Shown here one piece after another: positions 54,227 through 63,865 of a DNA stretch of 64,000 nt. Source of the stretch: Candidatus Saccharimonadales bacterium (GTDB taxonomy: Bacteria > Patescibacteriota > Saccharimonadia > UBA4664 > SCTI01). The position numbers and the translations under genes are program-made. How positions within the stretch are numbered: the stretch's first letter is position 1; every line of letters starts with the position of its first letter. The stretch is from contig DATIII010000004.1 in the NCBI GenBank assembly GCA_035479795.1, forward strand, positions 15,668 through 79,667, in the 5' to 3' direction. Below the pieces are notes generated by a model, which did not search any database, was not told the origin of the DNA, and saw only the letters and a list, made by a program, of their open reading frames with translations.

Positions 54227-56601
54227 GCCCAACCCTAAATTTAGCTAGCAACCGCTCTCAAAATGCTCGTTATGGAGTATGGTTTACATCTCTAAAACAG
54301 ATGTTTGTTGTAATTATTTCATCAGTCTGCGTCAGTGGTGGAATTATCTTAGAAATAGCCGGATTCAAGGTCGGTTTATCGCTGGTCGGGCTATCAATAA
54401 TTGGTCTTATGCTGTTTTTCTGGCGGCGCTGGCTACTGGAGGCTATGCCGGTATCAAGTTTAACGAAGGCGGCCACCGTCGATGCGGTGATGGAAACGAA
54501 GCTGCTGGGTCAGATCCGGTCGGCTGCCGATTCCGCCGCTATCTGGAAGGCAGCTTTAGCCACCTGGGAGGGGGTGTTTATAGCTCAAAGACTTCTATTG
54601 CCAGCTGAGGTGATTGGAAGCTTACTTACCAGGGTGGATCAAGTAACTCAAATCTGGCAGACGGCTATTGCGCTGCGCGCAGAGCGCCAGCTATCTGAGA
54701 TTGATGGCGGGGTGGTGGTGGCTGCAATTCTCCTTCAGCCTGAGATGAAGGCTTTAAAGGCTGAGATTAAGCTCAGCGATAAAGATATTAACCAGGTACT
54801 GGGGTGGCAACAGGATGCTAAGCAGGCGGTTCGCAGTTTAGAGCGCCAGCCTTATTTCGGGGGCTTGGCTCGGGATTGGGCCAGTGGCTATACGCCGACC
54901 CTGAATCGACTGGCTCACAACCTGAGTCAGTCGATCGAAGAAGGCTATTATCGGCACCTTCCACCTGTTCATGAGGCTGTAGTAGACCAAATGGTTACGC
55001 AATTGTCGGGCAATCGTCCGCGAGTGGCCCTGGTGGGGAGCGTTGGGGTTGGCAAAACTTCGTTGGCCTACGATCTAGCTGAGCGCTTACTCCGTGGAGA
55101 AGGCGGGGCACTACGGTATTACAAAGTAATAGCGCTCGATGCATCTGTACTGGTAACAGCAAAAGGCGATCTGGAAGCCTTATTGCTTCAGATGCTTCAG
55201 GAGGCAGCGGCTGCGCGGAATGTTATTTTGTTTATGGATGAGGCCCAGCTGTTTTTCACGGCCGATGCGGGGGCGGTTAATCTGAGCAATCTTCTGCTTA
55301 ACGCCTTGCAGCAGACCAACATCAAGCTGGTTTTGGCCTTTAATAACAATGCCTGGCAGAGCTTTGCGGCGGCTAACCCTAGTTTGGCGGGCTTGATGCA
55401 GAAGTTGGTGGTAACTGAGCCAACTAGAGACGGGTCGCTGCGGGTGATGCAAGATGCGGCCATTGGCATCGAGCATTCCACATCCACCATCATTACGTTG
55501 TCGGCTGTCACCGAAGCCTACAGGTTGGCCGAACGCTATCTGCCGGAAGTGGCCTTCCCCGGTAAGGCCATTACCTTGCTGGAGCAAGCAGCCCATCTGC
55601 CAGTGGCCGGCAAGCTGGTCACTGATCTTTCCGTCCAGCAGGCGGTTGAGCAGGTGACGGGTGCCAAGGTGGTGGCGGCCGGCGCACGGGAGCAGAAGCA
55701 GCTATTAGACCTAGAGTCGGCCATTCATGAGCGGATGGTGGATCAGGATCGAGCGGTAAGGGTGGTGGCTGATGCGCTTAGACGATCTCGGGCTGGAGTT
55801 AGCAGCCCAGGAAGACCAGTTGGCAGTTTTCTTTTCCTTGGACCGACCGGCGTAGGCAAGACTGAGCTGGCCAAGAGTCTGGCAGCGGTTTACTTTGGGG
55901 GCGAATCTAACCTGATACGACTTGATATGAGTGAATATCAACAAGCTGCTGATGTCGGCCGCCTGCTGGCTCCCACGCCTCCTCATAGCGTCGGCGCTAG
56001 CTTGGTGTCGGCGATTCGCCAGAGGCCATTCAGCGTCGTGCTCTTGGATGAGATTGAGAAGGCGCATCCGGATATCCTTAACCTACTCCTCCAGATTCTT
56101 GACGAGGGCAACTTAACTGATAGCGACGATCGCCAAGTCTCATTTAAGGAAGCCATTGTGATCGCCACCTCCAATGCTGGGGCCAATGAGATTGTTCAGC
56201 ACATTGAATCGGGTGATAGCCCAGCGGCCTTCGAGAAGCAGGTGGTAGATGGACTGCTCAAAGGAGGCCCATTTAGGCCGGAGCTCCTCAACCGCTTTGA
56301 TGAGATAGTTATGTTCCAGCCACTGGGCCAGAAGGAACTGCGCCAGATCGTGGACCTGATGATAGTCCAGGTTAACGCCAACCTGGAATCTCAAGGCATC
56401 TCGGTTGAGTTAGATGCTACCGCCGTGGAGTTTCTGCTGGCCCATGGTTATGATCCACGCCTAGGGGCCCGCCCGATGCGTCGCGCCATCCAGGCCGGTG
56501 TTGAAAATGTGGTGGCTAGGCGAATTCTGTCCGGTAGCGTTAGCCCCGGCACCAAGTTGGCCTTGAGCGCCGCAGACCTCCAGAACGAGCAAGCTAACTA
56601 G
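54223..56601 (+). CDS. Membrane-anchored double-AAA+ ATPase of the ClpA/ClpB family
   Basis: N-terminal TM helices (MFVVIISSVCVSGGIILEIAGF; VGLSLVGLSIIGLMLFFW). D1 GSVGVGKTS/FMDE. D2 LFLGPTGVGKTE / VVLLDEIEKAHPDILNLLLQILDEG / sensor-2 GARPMRRAIQ. Confidence 0.7.
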   Translation: MSPTLNLASNRSQNARYGVWFTSLKQMFVVIISSVCVSGGIILEIAGFKVGLSLVGLSIIGLMLFFWRRWLLEAMPVSSLTKAATVDAVMETKLLGQIRSAADSAAIWKAALATWEGVFIAQRLLLPAEVIGSLLTRVDQVTQIWQTAIALRAERQLSEIDGGVVVAAILLQPEMKALKAEIKLSDKDINQVLGWQQDAKQAVRSLERQPYFGGLARDWASGYTPTLNRLAHNLSQSIEEGYYRHLPPVHEAVVDQMVTQLSGNRPRVALVGSVGVGKTSLAYDLAERLLRGEGGALRYYKVIALDASVLVTAKGDLEALLLQMLQEAAAARNVILFMDEAQLFFTADAGAVNLSNLLLNALQQTNIKLVLAFNNNAWQSFAAANPSLAGLMQKLVVTEPTRDGSLRVMQDAAIGIEHSTSTIITLSAVTEAYRLAERYLPEVAFPGKAITLLEQAAHLPVAGKLVTDLSVQQAVEQVTGAKVVAAGAREQKQLLDLESAIHERMVDQDRAVRVVADALRRSRAGVSSPGRPVGSFLFLGPTGVGKTELAKSLAAVYFGGESNLIRLDMSEYQQAADVGRLLAPTPPHSVGASLVSAIRQRPFSVVLLDEIEKAHPDILNLLLQILDEGNLTDSDDRQVSFKEAIVIATSNAGANEIVQHIESGDSPAAFEKQVVDGLLKGGPFRPELLNRFDEIVMFQPLGQKELRQIVDLMIVQVNANLESQGISVELDATAVEFLLAHGYDPRLGARPMRRAIQAGVENVVARRILSGSVSPGTKLALSAADLQNEQAN

Positions 56602-56829
56602 CCACTTACGCCCGCATATGAACGTTTTGGATTTTAAAATCAGCCTAAATTTTCATGTCGAAAGGGCACCCAAAATGCTTTGAAATATTAGTGGCCATGG
56701 CGCTCGAATTCATACATTAAATTAGGACATTACTTGTCCGCTTTAGGCCTAATGGCTTCTCAAAATGACCGTTTATTATAAAAGCCAATACCAAGTTTCG
56801 ATTGAAAGCCAGTAAATTTACAGAATAAA

Positions 56830-56860
56830 AATAACGGCTTGGGAAAGCCGTTATTTTCTT
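56830..56860. terminator. Bidirectional intrinsic terminator
   Basis: AATAACGGCTTgggaAAGCCGTTATTTTCTT with an A-run upstream. Confidence 0.5.
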
Positions 56861-57074
56861 GTGTTTGGGTGGGTTTTTGTTTTGAGTACCTTTTTTGTTC
56901 AAGTACCTAAATACAGATTAACTTACCCCTAAAACGACTGTCAATACATTTTTTTAAAAAAAGTTTCAGGTGCACTCACTTTTTTTAAAAACTGAGTGCT
57001 TGTATTGGCGAAATATGAAAGCTAAACTGGCGCCATAACTGTGCGCCATAGGCCGCTATAACGGAGTCAAAAAA

Positions 57075-57713
57075 GTGACTATTACAAAGTACCCGCAATC
57101 GTGTCTCAAAATTGAAAAAGACGGCCGAACCTTGCTCGTCGACGTTGGCACACTAGCCACGGCCGAGTTTGGCCTAAAAGACTTTGGACATTTTGATGCC
57201 GTGCTCTTTACACACAGCCACCCCGACCACTTCGATCCAAAATTTTTGCCTCAATTAATTAAGGCTGGTGCGACTCTTTATGGTAACGGGGATGTGGCGG
57301 CCAGGGCGGACGGCTCCAAGGTGGAGCTGGTCGATGACAATGAGGAGTTAGTAGTGGCTGGTTTTAAGATTAAGGCTCATCCGATGGAGCACTGCCTAAT
57401 GACCGATGGCTCGCCAGCAGGCATCCCTAATACCGGTTATCTGCTTGACGACCATTTGCTTTTACCAGGTGACAGCACCGAGGACGTTGGCATCAAGGCC
57501 AAGGTGGTGGCCATTCCCATCTTTGGGCCAGATATCAGTCCCCATGACGCCTTTAAGCAGTCTACGGATACCGAAGCGGAGATAGTGATTCCAGTTCACT
57601 ATGATGTTGCCCAGATTAATCCAGATGTATTTAAGATCTTTGCTGGTCTCGGATCTGAGAGTCTTAAGGCGAAGATTCACACTTTAGAGAACGGCGAATC
57701 TATCCAGGTGTAA
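57075..57713 (+). CDS. MBL-fold metallo-hydrolase
   Basis: GTG start with GGAG Shine-Dalgarno; LFTHSHPDHFD motif. Confidence 0.65.
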   Translation: MTITKYPQSCLKIEKDGRTLLVDVGTLATAEFGLKDFGHFDAVLFTHSHPDHFDPKFLPQLIKAGATLYGNGDVAARADGSKVELVDDNEELVVAGFKIKAHPMEHCLMTDGSPAGIPNTGYLLDDHLLLPGDSTEDVGIKAKVVAIPIFGPDISPHDAFKQSTDTEAEIVIPVHYDVAQINPDVFKIFAGLGSESLKAKIHTLENGESIQV

Positions 57714-58152
57714 CTTCGCGGGCCGCCTCGCGCTCCTGCGTCCGCCGTTTAATGGTTTCGCGTTTGTCATAATGCTTTTTACCCCGCCCCAAGCCGATCT
57801 CCAATTTCACCAGCCCGCGCTCCTCGAGTAGGGCTAGGGGTACTATCTGTAAACCGCTTTGTTTGCGACCAATTAGTTCGCCCAGTTGTTTGCGGTGCAG
57901 TAGCAATTTACGGCTGCGTGTTGGGTCCAATCGACTCTGGTTACCTGCCGCGTTGTAGGGGGTGAAGTGAGCGTTTGTCAGCCAAGCTTCGCCTCCGGAA
58001 ATGTTTACAAAGCTGCCCTTGAGACTAACCTGCCCCAATTTAGCGCTTTTAACTTCGGCTCCGGACAACACCAACCCAGCTACCAGTTTGTCGTCAATCT
58101 GGTAGTCGAAGTTGGCGCGGCGGTTGCGGGCTAATACTTTCATACCAGGCAT
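57700..58152 (-). CDS. smpB: SsrA-binding protein SmpB
   Basis: NRRANFDYQI...GAEVKS...G.AWLTNAHFTPY...KLLLH signature. The likelier start is MKVLARN at 58143. Confidence 0.85.
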   Translation of the reverse strand: MPGMKVLARNRRANFDYQIDDKLVAGLVLSGAEVKSAKLGQVSLKGSFVNISGGEAWLTNAHFTPYNAAGNQSRLDPTRSRKLLLHRKQLGELIGRKQSGLQIVPLALLEERGLVKLEIGLGRGKKHYDKRETIKRRTQEREAAREVTPG

Positions 58153-58183
58153 TATACAAAGCCTCGGGGCTAACTGATATAAT

Positions 58184-59812
58184 GTGGTTATGATTTTGAG
58201 TCACATATCTAAATTTGTGGCCCAAACTATTGAGCGGGAGTACGGTATCACCGACGTAGAGCCGGCTATAAGCTATCCGGACCCGCGGTTTGGGGATTAT
58301 GCCACTAATGTGGCGTTTAGTCTTTCTGGACGCCTGAAAAAGCCCCCACAAGAAATTGCGGAGCACTTGGCTGGTATGATCAAGGATGAAATAATCCTAT
58401 CGGCCAAGGCTGACCGGGGATTTATTAACCTTCGGATGCAGCCTCTATTCTGGATTGAGCGCCTAACTGAGATCAATAAGTCCTTTGGCGCTACCCACCA
58501 GGGCAACGGGAAGAAGTTGCAGGTAGAGTTTATCTCGGCCAATCCTACGGGGCCGCTGACCCTAGGTAATGCCCGTGGCGGCTATGTCGGTGATGTCCTG
58601 GCCCGGGTGCTCCAGCATGCTGAATATGATGTAACCAAAGAGTACTATTTTAACGACGCTGGTACCCAGATACGAATTCTGGTTGAATCAGTCCGCGCCG
58701 CTGCTGGTTTAGTGCCGGTCGAGGAGAGTCATTACCCTGGCGCATATATTAAAGAACTGGCCGAGAAGTATCGTAGCGACCTAGATACTAAGAGCTATGA
58801 CGAACTGGCCGCCATGCTGACCGAAGATATCTTCGAGCATCAGGTGAAACCAGCCATTGATCAGATGGGTATTATTTACAACGAATGGTTCAATGAGCGC
58901 CAATTAATCACCAGTGGAGAGTTTGATGAGACGATTAAGCTGCTTCAAAGTCATAAGCTGACATACGAAAAGGACGGAGCGCTTTGGCTGGCCAGTGAAC
59001 AGCTTGGTGATGAGCGCGACCGAGTGCTGCGTAAGTCCAATGGGGATGTAACCTATCTTGGTACAGACATTGCCTACCATCACAACATCTTTATAAAACG
59101 TGACTTTGATGAGGCGATTAAGATTTGGGGCGCCGATCATGCCGGACAGGTGCCTTCACTTAATCTCACTATGGACAAGTTAACACCTGGAAAGAAGCTT
59201 AACTTCCTAATCTTGCAGTGGGTGCGCCTAATGAGGGGCGGTAAAGAGGTTAAAATGAGCAAGCGAGCCGGCACCTATGTGACAGTCAGTGATTTGCTGG
59301 CAGAGGTCGATTCGGATGTTGCCCGATTCTTTTTCCTGATGCGCTCAGCTGATAGTCATATGGATTTTGACCTCGATTTAGCCAAAGAGCGCAGTCAGAA
59401 GAACCCGCTGTATTACGTAATGTACTCCTATGCCCGGGCCCATTCGATTCTGCGACAAGCCCAGGATCGCAAACTGGCACCGGTCAGTACGGTCAGCGAG
59501 CTAACTGATCATGAACTGGCGGTGGTTCGCCAGATGGCAATGCTCCCAGAGCTAATTGCTGAGATTGTCAGCAATTACCAGGTCCATAAGTTAGCTTTCT
59601 ATGGCATTGAAACGGCTCGGGCCTTCCATGACCTCTATGAGTCCGAGCGCATTATTGACCTGGATAAGTCGGTGGCCAGCAAACGGCTCTACTTGATCCA
59701 GCAATACGTGGTGTTTATGGAGGTCTATTTCCAGCTGATGGGTATCACACCTATTAGCCGCATGGATCGTGAAGATGAGTCTCGGGGGAGCAATGGATCT
59801 AAGCGGACTTAA
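58184..59812 (+). CDS. argS: Arginyl-tRNA synthetase
   Basis: Class I signature region ANPTGPLTLGNARGGYVGD and KMSK-like MSKRAGTYVTVSDL. Confidence 0.85.
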   Translation: MVMILSHISKFVAQTIEREYGITDVEPAISYPDPRFGDYATNVAFSLSGRLKKPPQEIAEHLAGMIKDEIILSAKADRGFINLRMQPLFWIERLTEINKSFGATHQGNGKKLQVEFISANPTGPLTLGNARGGYVGDVLARVLQHAEYDVTKEYYFNDAGTQIRILVESVRAAAGLVPVEESHYPGAYIKELAEKYRSDLDTKSYDELAAMLTEDIFEHQVKPAIDQMGIIYNEWFNERQLITSGEFDETIKLLQSHKLTYEKDGALWLASEQLGDERDRVLRKSNGDVTYLGTDIAYHHNIFIKRDFDEAIKIWGADHAGQVPSLNLTMDKLTPGKKLNFLILQWVRLMRGGKEVKMSKRAGTYVTVSDLLAEVDSDVARFFFLMRSADSHMDFDLDLAKERSQKNPLYYVMYSYARAHSILRQAQDRKLAPVSTVSELTDHELAVVRQMAMLPELIAEIVSNYQVHKLAFYGIETARAFHDLYESERIIDLDKSVASKRLYLIQQYVVFMEVYFQLMGITPISRMDREDESRGSNGSKRT

Positions 59813-62645
59813 CCCAGCCCAAAAGCAGGTTGTTGAACATGGAAGCGGACCAGTCCTGGTGGTAGCCGGAGCTGGTACCGGTAAAACTCATGTTCTGACA
59901 ATGCGAGTAGCTTATCTGGCAATCGAGCGGAAAGTCCCGGTGGATCAGATTCTGGCCCTGACCTTTACCGATAAGGCGGCTCGAGAGATGGAAGAACGGG
60001 TCGATAAGCTCTTGCCCTACGGCATGTTAGAAACGCGTATAATGACCTTTCACTCCTTTGGCGAGAGAATTTTGAAGGAGTTTGGGCATGACCTTGGGCT
60101 GCCTATCAACATGAATTTGATGTCAAAAGCGCAACAAATGGTGTTTTTAAGGCAGAATCTCGATAATTTAGAACTAGATTACTATGCTCCGATAGGTGAC
60201 CCCGCCAGTTATCTAGGCAGTCTGGCTAGCTATTTCTCACGTTTGAGCGATGAGTTGGTAAGTGAGTCAAAATATGACGAATTTATCAAGAAGCTAAAGA
60301 ATCATTCTCAGGATGAGGCCGATGAGGTCGACAGCAGCCGCCATCAGGAATTGCTGCGCGCCTACCGCCATTATCGGCGACTCAAGAGCGAGGCTGGGCT
60401 GGTGGATTATGACGATCTAATCAGCTTGGTTGTTGAGCTATTTGATCAAAAACCCAATGTCTTGCGCGAAGTGCAGCAGTCGATAGAGCATATCTTGGTG
60501 GATGAATTTCAGGACACCAACCGATCGCAGAATCGATTGCTACAACAGCTGGCTGGGCCCAAGGGCAACCTGATGGTGGTAGGCGATGACGATCAAAGCA
60601 TTTATCGTTTTCGAGGCGCTGCTGTTGCTAATATTTTGGAGTTCACCGATTTCTATCAGGATGTCACAACCATCGTGCTAACCGAAAATTATCGTAGCTC
60701 ACAACAGATTCTGGACAATGCCTACCGCTTGATTCAGCACAACAATCCAGATCGCTTAGAGCCTCAGCAACAGATCAATAAGTATCTGACGGCTCGTACC
60801 AGTGGGCCCGAGCCTCAAGTTTGGGTACTGCCGACCTATAGCCTAGAAGCCGATGCTCTGGCCATCGATATTAAGCGACGGCTTGATGAAGGCCAGCCCG
60901 CTTCGAGTATTGCCGTCCTCTTACGTAAAAAAAATCAGGCCGATATACTGGCTCCGGCGCTGCGGCGTCACAATGTTGAGTACCGGTTGGCCGATCAATT
61001 GAGTTTGTTTGAGCATCCCGAAGTTGCCATCTTGCTACAGGTTTTGCAGGTGGTGGTGGATCCACTGGATTCGGGCAGTCTGTATCACGTTATGGTTAGC
61101 AATCTGTTTGGATTTGATTTGTCCTTCCTGATGGAGCAGGCTTCCTTGGCTCGGCGGCGTAACCTGACACTTGAAGCCCAACTGCGTCAATCGGAGCCAG
61201 TCGGGGAGACGGCGGATAGGCTGGATAGCTTCTTTGAACTCTTAGAAGCTTGGCGTCGGCGCTCGAGTGAATTAACGGCTGGACAACTATTGTTCGAGAT
61301 CTGTGAGCGGACCGGCTACATAAATGACTATGTGAAGCGTAGCCAATCTGATGCCGTGGCGGTTTTGGCCGTCCAGAACATTAGCCGATTGTTTGCCTCG
61401 ATTGCCGAATTTGAACGGGTGGCCACCGATAAGTCGGCCATAGGCTGGGGGGCGGTGGCCGAGAGTTTGCGAGAAGCTGGCGAGAGCCCCGAGGCGGTTG
61501 AACAAGAGGTAGCGCCAAGCGAAATTCAGCTAATGACGATTCATAAAGCTAAGGGGCTGGAGTTCGAGACAGTTTACCTGTTTGATCTAATAAAAGGGTC
61601 TTTCCCGGGGAGCAACCGGCGTGAGGCCATCAGTTTACCGTCGGAGCTAGCTGGTGAACTTGGAGTGCAGCCAGGAGAAAGACACCTGCAGGAAGAGAGG
61701 CGGTTGATGTACGTAGCCATGACCCGGGCTAAGACTAACCTGATAATGACTTATTCACCGGATCATGGGGGTAAATTAAGGCGTAAACCATCACCGTTTA
61801 TCGAAGAAGCGCTGGGCCAGCCGGCCCCTGAGCTGATTGAAGAAAATAAGGTAGCTATAATCCAGCAGGAGTTGGAGCTATTTAGACCAACAGGTAGGAA
61901 GGCATCATATAGTGCTCCTGAGCACATATTTTTAACACCCCATCAAATTGATGATTACTTGAGCTGTCCGGCCAACTTCCATTTCCGCCACATCATGAAA
62001 GTTCCTGAACCCCCGGCTCCGGCTTTGATGTACGGCACATTAATCCACGAGGCCATCAACCGTTACTTTCAGATGAGATCTAAAGGTGGTGTGAGTGAGA
62101 AAGACCTGCTGCTTCTAGTTGATAAACTGTGGGCTAGCGATGGCTTTATATCTGTTGGGCAGGAGCAGAAACGCAGGGAGCAGGCAGTTGCTACGATCAA
62201 GGCCTTTATCAAGCGCCAGGACACCCAAAAAGACTTGCCTATCTCTACTGAGCGGTCATTTGAATTCAATATCGATGATATTAATACAACAGTTAGGGGT
62301 CGTATAGATGCTATTTTCCAGGTTGGAGAGAGCATTGAGATCCGTGACTACAAAACCAGCCCCATCGATGACGTAAAGAAGGCCGATGCTAAGGCCAAGG
62401 GCAGCGTGCAGTTAGCGGTGTATGCCCTGGCCTGGCGGCAGATGACAGGAGTTGTTCCAGATCGTACCGTACTGGATTATGTGGAAACTGGCGTAGAAGG
62501 GGTTTACCAGCCGGCGGCCGGTGATCTGGAGCATACTCTTAAGCAGATCAGGCAGGTTGCTGCGGGCATTAGGTCCGGTAGCTTCCAGCCCAGCGGTAAT
62601 TGTTTCTACTGTTCGCATCCTAAGGAGGTGAAGGTTGCGGCGTGA
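59769..62645 (+). CDS. UvrD/PcrA-like superfamily-1 helicase fused to a C-terminal PD-(D/E)xK (RecB/AddA-like) nuclease domain
   Basis: Walker A AGAGTGKTHVL, motif II VDEFQDTN, VIa YVAMTRAK. C-terminal GRIDAIFQ...EIRDYKT nuclease motif plus Cys residues near the end. Confidence 0.7.
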   Translation: MKMSLGGAMDLSGLNPAQKQVVEHGSGPVLVVAGAGTGKTHVLTMRVAYLAIERKVPVDQILALTFTDKAAREMEERVDKLLPYGMLETRIMTFHSFGERILKEFGHDLGLPINMNLMSKAQQMVFLRQNLDNLELDYYAPIGDPASYLGSLASYFSRLSDELVSESKYDEFIKKLKNHSQDEADEVDSSRHQELLRAYRHYRRLKSEAGLVDYDDLISLVVELFDQKPNVLREVQQSIEHILVDEFQDTNRSQNRLLQQLAGPKGNLMVVGDDDQSIYRFRGAAVANILEFTDFYQDVTTIVLTENYRSSQQILDNAYRLIQHNNPDRLEPQQQINKYLTARTSGPEPQVWVLPTYSLEADALAIDIKRRLDEGQPASSIAVLLRKKNQADILAPALRRHNVEYRLADQLSLFEHPEVAILLQVLQVVVDPLDSGSLYHVMVSNLFGFDLSFLMEQASLARRRNLTLEAQLRQSEPVGETADRLDSFFELLEAWRRRSSELTAGQLLFEICERTGYINDYVKRSQSDAVAVLAVQNISRLFASIAEFERVATDKSAIGWGAVAESLREAGESPEAVEQEVAPSEIQLMTIHKAKGLEFETVYLFDLIKGSFPGSNRREAISLPSELAGELGVQPGERHLQEERRLMYVAMTRAKTNLIMTYSPDHGGKLRRKPSPFIEEALGQPAPELIEENKVAIIQQELELFRPTGRKASYSAPEHIFLTPHQIDDYLSCPANFHFRHIMKVPEPPAPALMYGTLIHEAINRYFQMRSKGGVSEKDLLLLVDKLWASDGFISVGQEQKRREQAVATIKAFIKRQDTQKDLPISTERSFEFNIDDINTTVRGRIDAIFQVGESIEIRDYKTSPIDDVKKADAKAKGSVQLAVYALAWRQMTGVVPDRTVLDYVETGVEGVYQPAAGDLEHTLKQIRQVAAGIRSGSFQPSGNCFYCSHPKEVKVAA

Positions 62646-63102
62646 TGAGCTTTGGCTGCAGCAACTACTCGATGATACCTGGGATAAATACTTCTCGGAT
62701 GTACCGCAAAGTAATACCGTAAAAATTGTGTTCGGTAAGCGGGCTAAACGTCAGCTGGGCTCGATTCGTCTGGATCGCCAAGAGCGCAGCGTCACCATTA
62801 TCACTATGAATGGGCTGTTTCGTGATCCGGAAATCCCGGAGTTTATAGCCTTGGCGACATTGGTTCACGAGCTGACCCACTATGCCCACGGCTTTAGCTC
62901 GCCCCTGCAGCAGAAGCACAGCCACCCTCATGCCGGAGGAGTTATCCGCGCCGAATATCGGGAGCGTGGGCTGGAGGATTTGTACTTGCAGCAACGCAAA
63001 TGGCTGAAGGAAAATTGGCCTTACATCTTAAAAAAGCACTTTCCACCTAAACTTAAAGCGGTTTCTCGCCGGAGCATTCCCAAGCCATTTTGGTTTGTGT
63101 GA
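62635..63102 (+). CDS. DUF45/YgjP-like HExxH metal-dependent hydrolase
   Basis: LATLVHELTHYAHGFSSPLQQKHSHPH with HExxH. Overlaps the helicase-nuclease gene by 11 nt. Confidence 0.55.
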   Translation: MRRDELWLQQLLDDTWDKYFSDVPQSNTVKIVFGKRAKRQLGSIRLDRQERSVTIITMNGLFRDPEIPEFIALATLVHELTHYAHGFSSPLQQKHSHPHAGGVIRAEYRERGLEDLYLQQRKWLKENWPYILKKHFPPKLKAVSRRSIPKPFWFV

Positions 63103-63144
63103 TCTGGAACTCCAATCCAAAATAGGCTAGTATCAATCTGTTGT

Positions 63145-63221
63145 CGGGGTGTGGCGCAGTTGGCTAGCGCGCAGCATTCGGGTTGCTGAGGTCGGAGGTT
63201 CAAGTCCTCTCACCCCGACCA
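63145..63221 (+). tRNA. tRNA-Pro (anticodon CGG)
   Basis: CGGGGTG/CACCCCG acceptor, anticodon loop TTCGGGT, T-loop GGTTCAAGTCC, CCA encoded. Confidence 0.9.
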
Positions 63222-63479
63222 TGGAATCATCTGAGCCCCCTTCCGAAATCGGCAGGGGGCTCATTGGTCGCTCAGTATTAGAGCAACCATGACAAGGTGT
63301 CCTGGTGACACAGCAAGGGGATGGAGGGCAGGTCTGGAGGCTTGGCCGGTGCTTCCTTTGGCGTCGGTATTGGTAGACCGACCTGATCGCCCACCCGGAC
63401 CCATGGTCCGTCCGACTCGTTGTAGCCACTAAGTGGCTTATGGCCCTCGCTTTGAGCTAGTCGGCGGAAGATGAAGTGC

Positions 63480-63740
63480 TCAGGCATTGAGATCGATCGC
63501 GGTTGAGTCTTCGGCGCCGGTGCGGTTGTCACCGCGATCGCTGCGTCGGCCAGATGACTTGGGGCGATTGCCAGACTTGCTCGTCTTGCTGGATCCGTTG
63601 TGAACTACTACGACTCGACCCCTTTCTTTCCGGACGAGCTCGACGGTGGTCATCTCGCCGCAGCCAGTGCAAGGAAAACCCTTGCGCAGGTTGCGGGCGT
63701 GCTCTCCACATTTGGTACATCCAGGGTAGGCTTTCGCCAT
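63480..63740 (-). CDS. Small zinc-ribbon protein with basic disordered tail, hypothetical (GC-rich islet)
   Basis: CTKCGEH...CTGCGE two CxxC pairs; start taken at MAKAYPG. Confidence 0.4.
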   Translation of the reverse strand: MAKAYPGCTKCGEHARNLRKGFPCTGCGEMTTVELVRKERGRVVVVHNGSSKTSKSGNRPKSSGRRSDRGDNRTGAEDSTAIDLNA

Positions 63741-63865
63741 CCGGGAACCTTTCATAGAGCGTGCAGGACGGGGAGAATTTAACATTTTACAGATGTAAAG
63801 TCAATGAACTAGGTACCAAATTAGCATGCTAGCATCGGTAGTTTGAGTTAAGGTACAATACGGCT

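Noticed and set aside
56601-57075. AT-rich 470-bp intergenic region considered as the tmRNA location (smpB neighbourhood).
   Set aside because: AT-rich with no tRNA-like ends; contains only a bidirectional terminator and a short GCACTCA...TGAGTGC hairpin.
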